Shown: piece after piece, positions 53,158-64,000 of the stretch
Position numbering within the stretch: the first letter of the stretch is position 1
How the letters are laid out: each line of letters starts with the position of its first letter
Source of the DNA: Lepidodermella squamata
Lineage: Eukaryota > Animalia > Gastrotricha
Direction: 5' to 3'
DNA: 64,000 nucleotides
Assembly (NCBI GenBank): GCA_047495785.1
Contig: JBLDXI010000054.1
Span: 372,001 to 436,000 of the forward strand
The notes under the pieces: model-generated
The model's database searches: none
Seen by the model: the letters and a program-made list of their open reading frames with translations, nothing else
Told to the model about the DNA's origin: nothing
Position numbers and translations under genes: made by a program

Positions 53158-54803
53158 ATGTTGCCAGCTTAATGCCGGTCAGCGCTCTTACTTGGGGAAC
53201 GTTACGCCGGGAATAATTCTTCATAATTATACTGTTATTCTCTCTTTGATTATTTTCAAATCTTTCCCAGTGCTTCGATTTAATGCGAAGGCGCAACCTT
53301 ACAAAGGATATGGCTGAGTTCATAGCGAAAAAGATTGGCACATCTGTTCGTAAAGTGCAAAACTGGTTTCACCCAAGAAGAAGAAAAGGCGTTGAAGGGG
53401 AAACTAAGAAGATTTCGCGATATGAAGATACTCTCGGGGAAGAAAACAATGAATTGTTGATGCTTGCAGTGAAAAATGATCCCAAACTGAGAAAGGGCAG
53501 ACAGCAGATGCTGGCACAACGATTTGGCTTGACAGAGAGGCAGGTTGAAAGGTTTTTCTGCAAGCATCGCATCCAACGGAGGGCTTGTGTTCCCTTGAAG
53601 TTAACATCCCAGCAAATTGAAAAATTTGAGAAGGTTTTTAACTGAGAACTTCGCTATTTGACTAATCTGGTTCCTAATCTAGTGACGGAATTTTACAGGA
53701 ATTCGAACAGAATCCCGGCGCATCACGTCAGAGATTGCGTGAAATTGCCGCAGCTCTGGGCATAACATGTAGTCAAGCCGAACTTCTTGTCGCTAAACGA
53801 CGAGCTCAAGTGGGAATCTGCGGCAGAAGAGGCCGACCTAAATTGGAAAGAATCACAAATTCGCAATTGGCAGAACTGCAGGAAGCATTCCAGTCAACAG
53901 TCGTGAGCGGCGATAGATTTGACGTCGCCCTCTTTCAAAAATTGGCCAAGAAAACTGGATTGAAATGGACTATGGTCAGTAAATGGTTCTCTAACCAGCG
54001 CAAATCTGCTGGCCTAGCAAAAAAGCGAGAACGTCTCGATCCGAGTGGTATCCGCGACTTGGAGGCCGTGCGTTCAACTTTCAACTCTTGATCTTAGTTC
54101 ACAATGTTAAAAATGTGTTGTGTCTCAGGAATTTGCTGTATCGAGCCGAATTGAAGGCAGCAGAGTGCAAGCAATTGCTGGCAAGCTGGGATTAACTTCC
54201 GGACAGGTTAGATACTTTTTCGAAATCAAGCGGAAACAATTGAAAACTGGGAGGAATAAGCAATCCCCTCGCCGCAGACTGAAACGTGACCAGCGAAATG
54301 CGTTGACTAAGGTTTGATTATTCTCACAATTCCAATCTTTGATCTTTATGTTTTGTTTTTTTTGTTCAGGAATTCAATGAGAATCCAGATCTACAGGAAA
54401 CCGGAATAACTTGTCTGGCTGAAAGACTGGATATCCCTTTTCATATTGTGAAACGTTTCTTCGAAATCCAAAATGGTAAAATAAGAGGCCCTGCTAAAGC
54501 TCCAGAAAAAAGCCCATTGACCTTGACCTGGGCTTCTTCTAGAAAAGGTGATTAACTCAAAAGGTGATTCAAAGGATCGCTCTGTTTCATCCTTGAATTT
54601 ATTTAGGAGTATGGAATCTCTAAATTCGTAACGCATGAGCAAGCTGAACGCATTGCGACATCAATTGGATTTTCGACTGATTGGGCAATAATGCTTACAC
54701 TTAATTTACGAGTTCCTTATAAATTGCTTCCCCTTTTTAGGTACAGAGATGGTTCAGGAGGAAACGGTTCAGAAAGAAACAGGAAGAATCTATGGGTTCA
54801 TGA
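53158..54803 (+). pseudogene. Seven-homeodomain gene copy 2, pseudogene
   Basis: Exon-by-exon paralog; frameshifting deletions in exon 1 and near 54530; duplicated terminal-exon remnant at about 55231-55306. Confidence 0.7.
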
Positions 54804-55318
54804 AATCTAAGGAATCTAAGGTAAATAATCTGCATAAAAAATGTTGACTTTTTTCGAGGCCTGCAACTTCACCGTTTTTGCGGACGCCATCAATGTGCTA
54901 GGAGACTAAAGATCCACCTGGAGATCGAGTATGAATTAAGGGAGTATGCAGCTCAGGTTCGAAGTGTACTGAGATATGCAAATTGGAGAACCCTGCCCAA
55001 AATCGTTATACTTCCCTTAAATACGAATTACAAGGCCGAACCGAAATAAGTACCATCCTATATGACCATCCTGAGACCTATCCTAAGAATGGAAGGCATG
55101 CTTTGCGTTTATCTTTGGCAGGCGAGATATACAATTTTCTGGAAAAACCTTTCGAAAAAAGGTTGCATACTTCGCGTGATTGCAATAGGGCTCGTCAACG
55201 GTGCATGCTAATCGCATGCGGTTTTTTCAGGTTAATCTTCTGGCTATTCGCTGGCGGTTCTTGGTTCTTTGATAAAAAGAAACAGAGAGAATCAATCGGT
55301 TCATGAACATATAGGGTA

Positions 55319-55487
55319 AGGTAACCCAAATCTGCACACAAATATGTCTTTTCGAGTCCCTTCAGCTATCTTCTTGCTATTCGCTGACACCTTGGGATGA
55401 GACCCGGTCCCAAGTCAGTGAAGCTGCAGGGCCTCGAAAGTCGACATTTTTATGCATATTTTATGCATATGCATATTTAGGTTACCT
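55319..55487. mobile_element. Palindromic MITE; related decayed copy at about 54819-54995
   Basis: aggtaacccaaatctgca / tgcatatttaggttacct inverted ends. Confidence 0.55.
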
Positions 55488-55865
55488 ATTTCCTATTTGC
55501 TTCTCTTGTCAAATTTCTTTTTACGTCCCACTTTCTATGTACAGTACTTGCAGTTTTTAATATCAAGAAATCGATATCAAGAAATTCCCTTATGACCTTA
55601 TACCCTTTCGGTTGAAACCGCTTCCTTCCGTAGCTTTGGTTTCATTTTTTGTTTATTTGATTTGTTTATGATTTGTATATTTTTCAGGTGAAACTCCGGT
55701 TTAAAAATCAGCGTAGAACTCGGCGGAATTTGCTGAAGACTGCTGCTTGGAAATAACTTTTCATAATTGAATGTTTTATTAGATTGTGGGAGAAATTTTT
55801 ATTTTGTTGTTGTTGAAACTAATTTCCCTTCTTAGAAATTCTCAGACTGCCTTTACTTGAGCATC

Positions 55866-56167
55866 ATGTTGGAGTCAACAGTCAACAAAACAACTTTCGG
55901 ACAATCCAATGTCTTATTTCCTGAAGGTAACAAATGCATTAATAGTATTTAGTATTTAGCGATATCCTAATATGTTTCAGGAAGAGCTTCGAAGTCATGC
56001 GCGATCGCACTCTGACCAGCGATATCGCAAGTCGAATTGCAAAGAAGAATGGCATATCGGTTACAAAAGTTCAAAAGTGGTTTTACAACAGAAGAAAACG
56101 TGAAGAGCACCGCGGACCACCTCGGCGAGAAAGCATGAGGCAGTGGCAATGGCGTAAAATCATCGAG
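55866..56167 (+). pseudogene. 5' fragment of related homeodomain gene
   Basis: LTSDIASRIAKKNGISVTKVQKWFYNRRKR; exon 1 frameshifted by gtcaaca x2 at 55874-55887. Confidence 0.7.
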
Positions 56168-56582
56168 GTAACTCTACCCGTGGAGTTATTACCTATGTGT
56201 ATTTTTTCTTATTCGGAAGGAGGACAATACTAAAGATTTTTATGTTTATATGATTAACTGAATTTTCATTTGCATTCACCACCCCGGTAATCTTTATTAA
56301 GGAGGTCGATCGACCGTCGTCGACGAGCGTGTACACTCGAGCCTGGTCAGATTTTTCTCTTACTGATAATGATTTTTTGAAAATTAGTTGGACTGACAAT
56401 TTACACACAGGATTTTATTTACTCAGCAGCTTTCAACAATTATCACAAAAAGATCAAAATTGTCCTTAAAAAGCTGAACATTCTCATCGAATTTACCTAC
56501 AAACAAGGTTTTTAATTAACTTTTATATTCAATACAACGATAAAATAATTGTAAAGGAGAAATAAAAAATTCAAAATAATTT

Positions 56583-57563
56583 TTAGTCGAATTCGTTTGC
56601 AGCAAGCCGATTATTCAGGATTTTATTCACTCTTTCAATCAGCGTATTGCAAAGCGCCCTATAGGCCGAAAAATGATAAATGAGCCGAAACTGAACGTTC
56701 AACACCCAGCAAAGCACTCGATCGCCCAGAGTGAGGCTTCCAACCTCATCTACAGACATTCCCAAAGATGGGCATATGAAAGCAAGGAGGCCATTGGTCG
56801 TTAAAAGACGTAGGGGAAGCCAAACAGATCTTATTCCTTCAACGAAATCATTTGCAAGGGAGCGGAAATGGGATTTATCATCGCGAATGCCAGGAACGAT
56901 CTCATCCCTCTCGATAGCCAGGCAAAGCTCCCTGCATCGATCAATCCCACCTAGGCATAGGTTGAATTCGTCAGGAATCCCGAGCACGTAGCCATAAACT
57001 GCCCAAGCGTGCAAGAAACCTTCCAGCTCATCTTCAGTAGGGCTACACCCCCATTTTTCAGCGTGTAAAACTAACGGCATAATGAAACCGCTTTGAGTAA
57101 GGCACATTTCGTATTGACCGAAGCTAGATCGACCCTTTCCTTGCATTGCCCTTCGAACAGTTGAGTGAAGTCGCCTGACTTTGCGCAATGACTTGAGACC
57201 TTCACATTCTTCAGTAGCAAACGGATCTATAATCGTTTGCCATTTGTATATGGTAATGCCGGTTTCAACATAGCGGCGACGTGAGTTCTTCGCCCCTGAG
57301 CTTCTCCCGGTGAAAAGAAGTGGTCTGACTAACGATTCAACGGAGAAGAGCATGACCAAGACGTTGATGAGGCTGATTGCTCCTGAGAACACATTTCTCT
57401 TCATGACTTGACGACCTCGTTCGTAAAGCTCTGGGTCGTACCATTCTGGGACCGGTGGGTCCTCATTACTATCGTATAAATCATCGGCGGCCTTTCGAGA
57501 TCGAAGCTCGATCAGCGGGGATCCGTCAGGGAGCTTGCGCCTTGGAATAACCAAATCATTCAT
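56583..57563 (-). CDS. mpaB / rubber-oxygenase-like (DUF2236) protein, copy 3
   Basis: 326-aa intronless ORF; upstream region is the inverted duplicate of about 10380-12020. Confidence 0.8.
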   Translation of the reverse strand: MNDLVIPRRKLPDGSPLIELRSRKAADDLYDSNEDPPVPEWYDPELYERGRQVMKRNVFSGAISLINVLVMLFSVESLVRPLLFTGRSSGAKNSRRRYVETGITIYKWQTIIDPFATEECEGLKSLRKVRRLHSTVRRAMQGKGRSSFGQYEMCLTQSGFIMPLVLHAEKWGCSPTEDELEGFLHAWAVYGYVLGIPDEFNLCLGGIDRCRELCLAIERDEIVPGIRDDKSHFRSLANDFVEGIRSVWLPLRLLTTNGLLAFICPSLGMSVDEVGSLTLGDRVLCWVLNVQFRLIYHFSAYRALCNTLIERVNKILNNRLAANEFD

Positions 57564-58944
57564 TTCAGCAATTTGACTGCATATGACGTGTTTCCATCAA
57601 GTCCGCGGATGTCTGTGGATAAACCGTATCTTATCTCGCATTGTATTATCAAACCTGTATAAAAAAAGCTGCGCAAACACATAAATGTCTGCAGTATACT
57701 CCATTCCCTTCACGAGCGGAGCAAAGCCGGCTGCAGTATTTCATGATTTGGAAATGTTGGCTTGGAAATGTGAGCTCTTTCGGGGGTTAAAAAAAACCTT
57801 CTATTTAATCTCTTCTGAGGATATCTGCTTCTTGAGATATATGAGTAAACATTCAAATGCGCAGTCGTGATAGACGCCGCCAAAAATACGACCTAATTTC
57901 GCTGAAAGCTTTCGCCATTCACTCATAATGTTAAAGAGCAGTTCGATATAGAGGACTCTTGCTTATTTATTACGGTAACTTATTTTTACGGTCAGTAACA
58001 GGTCTTGAGATATAGAAGAGGGATAGGATGCTAACATGGTTTTCTTCATTTCTCATCAAATCAGTTTCGAATCGATTTTGTATTCCTGTCGTTTTGTTGA
58101 AACCCAGTAAAATTAATCCGTAAGCGAAAGCTAATATTCTTAAACGTCAGAAGATTAGTTAAAAGCCTAACCTTTACCTATCCTATCCAAAGGATAGTGA
58201 TATTCCATTCAGGTATTCGTTACTGAAACCTCAAACCAGTGCCAAATAATTTTGGCAGCGAGACGATATGATATGAACTGAAAGTGAACTGTAGAGATAA
58301 TGAACGAAGCGTTATCGACAACTGTCATTATGACAGTAAGCGTCAAAATGACCTTAAAAGGTCGATTTTAAAAACTAGTGCGCATATCGCGTGGTGGGTG
58401 GAGTTCTATTCTTGGCGAGTCGCTATCCGCCCACTCCGCGACACACCAGTTTTCGAGATTGACCTTTTAGACTTCGGACTATCATGACTCGGTAATCTAT
58501 ATCACGACCACTCGCGCCATGAAGATATCGCGGGGAGGGCGACTAGTCGCTTAAAATAGAAGGAAATGGCGTTAAACTAACATGTTCATCTTCAATCGCG
58601 CGCCTAATCGCTGAAAAGCTGAACGTCAGTTCTTCCTGCGCATCGTGCGTCGTTCTGATGTCACCCACAGCGAGTTGCTCTCTGCTATAGACACAGCTGA
58701 ATTTATCCGTGTAACAGTTCAATTCCCAACAACGAAATCAGATATATAAGGGTTCATCGCAGAATGAAGGTAGGAAGAGGTCGAAAAATGATAGCTCAGA
58801 CAGTCGCATAGACACTCCGTTTATCCACTGTGCAATCACACAGCGCAGTAATATACAAATTCTAATTTTCGAATTTTGTCTTCGTCAAGCCTGAAGCAAA
58901 TTTTATCTGCTGAATCGATTGCTTGGATCGTTTGTGATGTTATA

Positions 58945-59390
58945 CCGTAGTTACCGAAATACTAACCCGGGCTTATACAAAAATGATATGTACCTCGAAA
59001 AATGGGGAAAAGTAGGCTTCTATTCAAGACTAGGCTTCTATTTGAGATAGGCTTATGCAACGGAGACCGGAGACCTGACTTTACTTTCTGTCTTTCAATC
59101 TCAAAACTCACCAAAGTTTTCATTATTAGTTATTAGCTAGGTCGTCTAATAGCTGAAAATTAGGAATAATAAGGAATGCTTTAACTAAAATCATCGTAAA
59201 TCGCAGATTATTACATATCTTCACGAATTTTTCGTTTTTAATTACCGTTCAGCGCAGCAGAGCACACGCGCCGTAGTAGCCTAGGATACTATTCGAGATA
59301 GGACCATGCATCGTCAAATTTCAATTTACCTAGGCTTCTAATCGAGACAGGCTTCTAAACGAGTGGGGGCTTATATTTCGGTAACTACGG
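58945..59390. mobile_element. pogo/Tc2-like MITE with TA TSD
   Basis: TIR ccgtagttaccgaaata / tatttcggtaactacgg; TA on both sides; subterminal AGGCTTCTA(T/A)TCGAGA repeats; empty site at about 10397-10416. Confidence 0.9.
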
Positions 59391-59459
59391 TATCTATCAA
59401 ATCCTCGTTCATATTATCGTTCGTGGCGCTAAAGAACTAGCACTTCGAGCAAAAAAAAA

Positions 59460-59970
59460 CGTGCTCAGCGTCGCCTCCAATGGGAGATCAGGCGTATTTC
59501 AGGTTGGGCTATGTTATGCCCTTTGGTAACGTGTCCGTCAATGTTCGGCTCAACGGAGCCGTAATTCCGCAAAGTCGTGTTCACTTGGACCCTACCCTGA
59601 CGTGGTACGTCCATGTGGACAAGGTCTCTGACCGTTGCCGCAGAAATCTGGGTTTTTTCAAACATCTCATGTTCACCCCTGGGCTGTCGCGCCGCTGGCG
59701 CCGCAACCTTTACTTGACTCTGGTCCGTTCGTGCTGGTCTTATGGGGCCATCTGCCTGACTACCGCATCGAAGCAAAAGCTTAATCGTCTCGCAGTTATC
59801 CAAAATGATAGCCTGCAAGGCTCAACATTCGTCGGGACGACCGGGTCCGCGTGTCGGAGTTGGCATCTCGTTGCCGTATCCCGAGTGTCCCTCGGTTTCT
59901 GGAACAGTGCCAGCGCCGTTATGTCGCAAGCGCTGCTCAGTTTGTCCTGCCGCTGTGCGAGGACCTTGTG
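59460..59970 (+). mobile_element. Jockey/I-like LINE fragment (post-RT region)
   Basis: LDPTLTWYVHV...LYLTLVRSCWSYG...KLNRLAVIQND; homologous to 48945-49150. Confidence 0.8.
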
Positions 59971-60079
59971 ATGATGTCCGATATCAAATGCTAAATGTTG
60001 AAAGGTAATTTGCATTAATAAAGAGTATGAGTATGAGTAGTAATCAAAAATGTTATGACTCAATGACTTTTTATCTGTA

Positions 60080-61473
60080 GGTGAATCTCTTATATGTTCA
60101 ATTTTGTCAAAGGTTAAAGAGAGGATTAAGAAGATTTGGCGTTTCAAAGATATTCTAGGGGAAGAGAAAAACAAATCGTTGATGTTGGAAGTGAAACATG
60201 ATCCTAAACTGAGCAAGGGCAGACAGCAGATGCTGGCACTACGATTCGGCTTGACAGAGAGACAGGTTGAAGGATTCTTTCGCAAGTATCGCAGCAAGCG
60301 AAGGGCTTTTGTTCGCGCGTTGACATCCAAGCAAAATGAGAAATTCGAGAAGGTTAAACTTAAACTGATGAGCGCTATTTGCCTAATCTGTTGATGAAAT
60401 TTTGTAGGAATTCGAACAGAATCCCGGTGCATCACGTCAGAGATTGAGCGAAATTGCTGACGCTTTGGACATAACATTTAGTAAGGCCGCACGTCTTGTC
60501 ATGAAACGACGAGCTCAAGCGGGAATCCGCGGTTGAACGGCAAAACCTGAATCCAATAGAATCACGAATTCTCAACTGGCAGAACTGCAGGAAGCATTCA
60601 GATCCACAGTGGGGAGGGGCGATAGCTTTGACGATGCTCTCTATCAAAGCTTGGCCATGAAAACTGGATTGAAAAAGACTGCGGTCATGAGATGGTTCTC
60701 TAACCAGCGCAAATCCGCTGGCCTCGGAAAAAAATTGAAAACTATCGATGCGAGTAGCATCCGCGCCCTTGATGCCGTGCGTTCAACTTTTGATCTTAGT
60801 TCACAATGTTGAAAATATGTTGTGTCTCAGGAATTTGCTGTATCGAGCCGATTGGAATTCGCAAGCAATTGCTGGCAAGCTGGGATTAACTTCCGGGCAG
60901 GTTAGATACTTTTTCGAAACCGAGCGGAAATTTACAACTGCGAAAAACAAGCAATGCCGTCGCCGCAGACTTAAACCGGACCAACGCAACGTGTTGACTA
61001 AGGTGTGATTAGGCTCATAATTCCAATCGTTGACGTTTTTTGTTCAGGAAATCAAAGAGAATCCAGATCTACAGGAATCTGGAATAACACGTCTGGCTGA
61101 AAGACTGGAAATACCATTTAATATTGTGAAACGTCTCTTCGAAATCCAACATGGCAAAACAAGGGGCCGCCAAGTTCGAGAAAAAAGCTCTCGATTGACT
61201 TGGGAACATCGGCTTCTGCTGGGAAAGGTGATTAAATCGATAAGTTGCAATATTCAAAGGATTACTTCGTTTCATCTTTCAATTTTTTCAGGAGTATGAA
61301 ATCTCTAAATTCGTAAAACGTGCGCAAGCTGAACGCCTTGCTACGTCAATGGGATTATCGACTGATAGGGCAATAATGCTTGCACTTAATTTCCTTTTAC
61401 GATGCCTTCTCCCTTATAGGTAAAGACATGGTTCAGGTCGAAACGGGTTCGTGAAAGAAAGAAACTGGGGGTG
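60080..61473 (+). pseudogene. Seven-homeodomain gene copy 3, pseudogene (5' deleted)
   Basis: Paralogous exons; in-frame TGA near 60533; frameshift near 60855. Confidence 0.7.
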
Positions 61474-61890
61474 ATCTACTCGTGAACATATTTGCTTCTC
61501 GTTTCTCCTGTTAACTCTTTTCATGTCGAACTGACGAAGGGTTATATGACATTCGCTAATATTGGGTTTCTTTCGAACTTTACTGACTTTATTAATCATA
61601 CTACAGTACTTGCAGTTTTTCTTTCGATACGTTTATTTTAAGTTGAGTAAAATGACCCTATCATCCTTCCTTACGTAGTTGTAGGCTTCGGTTTAATGAT
61701 GATTTATTTCGATTTCAGGTCAAGACTGCGTTTATAAAATCATTAATTTGTTGAAGACTGGAGACTGCTGCTATAGGGAAGAACTGTTCATAACATGATG
61801 CTTTATTAGAACGAAGAGGACATTTTTTTTGTTGTAGTTAAGACTAATTTCCCGTCTTAGAAATCCCCAGGCTGCGTTTACTTGAGCATC

Positions 61891-61941
61891 ATGTTGGAGT
61901 TGACAAAACAACTTTCAGACAATCAATTGTCCTATTTGTTG
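61891..61941 (+). pseudogene. First-exon remnant of homeodomain gene truncated at LINE junction
   Basis: MLELTKQLSDNQLSYLL matches 55866 exon; upstream about 61500-61890 matches about 55490-55865. Confidence 0.65.
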
Positions 61942-64000
61942 AGCGGAAGCACGAAGGTCAGGATCTGCAGCGACATCGTCCTCGACTTGTTGCCACCACT
62001 GGCGAGTGGCAGCGTCTGCATCGGGGTCGACGTAGGGCGACATCGGTTTGACGAAATGATCAAGCAGTGCATCAGCAAGGGCAGTAGAAGGCGGCAGGAT
62101 CAACAGGGGTAGGGCGAAACTTATCGAGACGACGGAGGCGGGCATAAGCCTCTCGGTAGCGGTGCTGGAACGACAGAGCTTCAACATATCGCAGGTTGGA
62201 GATATCCCGCCGCAATTGCTGAGCCGCTTTCGCAGCGCGGAACTGGGCGTCCAAGGCGTTGATCCTATCGACAAGCCCGGCATCAACTCGATCGCCGAGC
62301 CCACGTTCAAGAATCCTCTTTCTTTCGAGCAGGGTACGAATGTCGCGGGTCATTGAAACTTTCCTCAGCTGAGTGCGGTCGAGCAGAGGGACGGAACACG
62401 GCGAGATTCGGCGATTGCCGCACCAACCTGGCGCCGATACGAGTCGATCCGAATAACTGGGTCGCCGACATTAGGCAGCGGGATTTCGGACAGCAGCCGG
62501 ATCAGGGTACGAGAGAATCCGAAACGATCGGCTCTGGAGATTTCGTAGCGAGGAGCAGGGTCCACGAGTTCGTAGACGTGAGCAGGGCCAGAGCCGGACG
62601 GAAGACGAACCCTGACAGACGTGCAGAAGTGATCGCTGCTGAGTCGGTCGCCAACAGACACGCCACCATCGAGAAGGCGAAGCGCCGCGTCGTTGACAAT
62701 CCAGATATCGAGCGTAGACAGGGCCTTGTGAGCTTTCGACAGGTGCGTGGGAGGCGAGGAGAGAACAGTCAGACCGAGACGGGTGACGAACTGATGGACG
62801 GAATAGCCGTGAGGGTTCCATAAATCGTGGGACTGTGAACCCCACAGTGGAGACTTGCCATTGAGATCCCCGCTAAAGATACAGGGGAGGCCGGAGGCGG
62901 AGGCCCCAGCGAACTCGGTTTCCAAGAAGCTGAGATCCAAGGACGACGTCGGCGGACAACAGCCGGTAAGAAGACGAACAACAGACGAGCCAGCGAAAGG
63001 GACAGCATCCAAAGCGAGCCACTCACTAAGCTTGCGACCAGTCAGAGCCAGCCGCCGCTCGGCGACCACGAGAGCGCCCTCCCGAACAAACAGAGCAGCG
63101 CCGCCACGAGCGCCATTGAGCAACAGATCCTCGGAGTCCTGTACCCGATCACAACGAAAAATTGCATAATCCCTAGAGGTTACACGCAAAAGAGAGAAAA
63201 GAAAGGATTCACTTATGAAATGAGCAAAGGGTTTATAAGTCTCTAGCTGTTGACAAGCTTCAGCTTCCTTGCCGGGGAGGCCGCACGGATTCCATTGTAG
63301 TAGCGTACGCAGCGTATTAGCCATTACGGGTCGAGCTGGTTTGTGGCGGCAGCGGGGAGGCGAAGAGCCGGTCGAATAAGCGTCCGACAGTGTCGAGTCG
63401 GCGCTCGAAAGCGGCTTCCATACGCTGGAACCGCTCTTCCATAAGACTAAAGAGCCGGGCGCCATCAGGCGACAGAAAGTGACCGCGGAGTGCAGGATTA
63501 ACAGGCGGAGTAGCAGGAGGCACCCACGACGGAGAAGGGGATGACCACGGAGCAGGCGTTGGTCCGCCGACAAAGTCACGGGTGGAGAGAAAGTGCGTGG
63601 GGCCACCCCGTAGGTGCTCGGGGACCTTCGCTTGTTGACGACGCTTTTCACGTTCGGCGGCTTTCGCTTCACGGGCGACGGCGATGGCACGGCGACGGGC
63701 CACCTCGTCAGCCTGGGCGGTCTTGAACGCAGGGCAGCCCCGCCACGAACCAGAATGATGAGGCTCACCGCCGCCACTGCAGTGGGGGCAACGACGATCT
63801 TCAGGCTCAGCGAGACAGGTGGAAATCGTGTGATCAGTCGCAGCACAGCGGCTGCATCGTTGCGTGGTGTCCGGAGAACAATCCACAGCGACATGGCCGT
63901 AAGCGGCGCACTTCAGACAGGTAGGCGGAGAGCCTTGCTTTTCAACTTGTGGACTTTAATGCGACGATTCAGAAACTTGACATCGTTAGCCATGGCATCC
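61942..64000 (-). mobile_element. Jockey/I-like LINE 5' half: gag-like ORF1 (Zn knuckles, stop 63317) and ORF2 APE endonuclease (ATG 63324)
   Basis: CLKCAAYGHVAVDC, CSRC...H...C, CPHC...H...C; LLQWN..GL, SESFL, GDLNGK..WGS, LDIW, SSDH; runs off the window end. Confidence 0.9.

Noticed and set aside
63325-63894. N-terminal part of the 509-aa ORF
   Set aside because: Alternative frame of GC-rich ORF1; the real ORF2 most likely starts at ATG 63324

Overview
Eukaryotic, most likely invertebrate, genomic DNA with short GT-AG introns (about 40-60 nt) and several GC-AG introns. It is a duplication-rich accessory region. Gene content: the 3' end of a dienelactone-hydrolase gene; three intronless mpaB/rubber-oxygenase-like (DUF2236) genes; a disrupted PAN/C-type-lectin/kringle mosaic gene; two degenerate EGF-repeat paralogs; a bacterial-like secreted-protein gene broken by a 7-bp duplication; a TPR/alpha-solenoid gene; four EB-module GPI-type surface-protein genes; an NB-ARC + ankyrin NLR-like gene; and two families of multi-homeodomain genes (5 and 7 homeodomains) with pseudogene copies. 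The most notable element is a pair of head-to-head, apparently intact 10-exon genes. In each, two tandem L-type-lectin/jelly-roll-like domains and a Thr-rich stalk are spliced in frame onto a divergent Cys-loop pentameric ligand-gated ion channel. Mobile DNA includes RTE, CR1/L2 and Jockey/I-like LINE pieces, a Helitron 3' end, a hAT element with an 8-bp TSD, a pogo/Tc2-like MITE whose empty site is also in the window, and a TIR element carrying a FLYWCH/WRKY-like ORF. Exon models were assembled by eye from splice signals and paralog comparison; no database searches were run.
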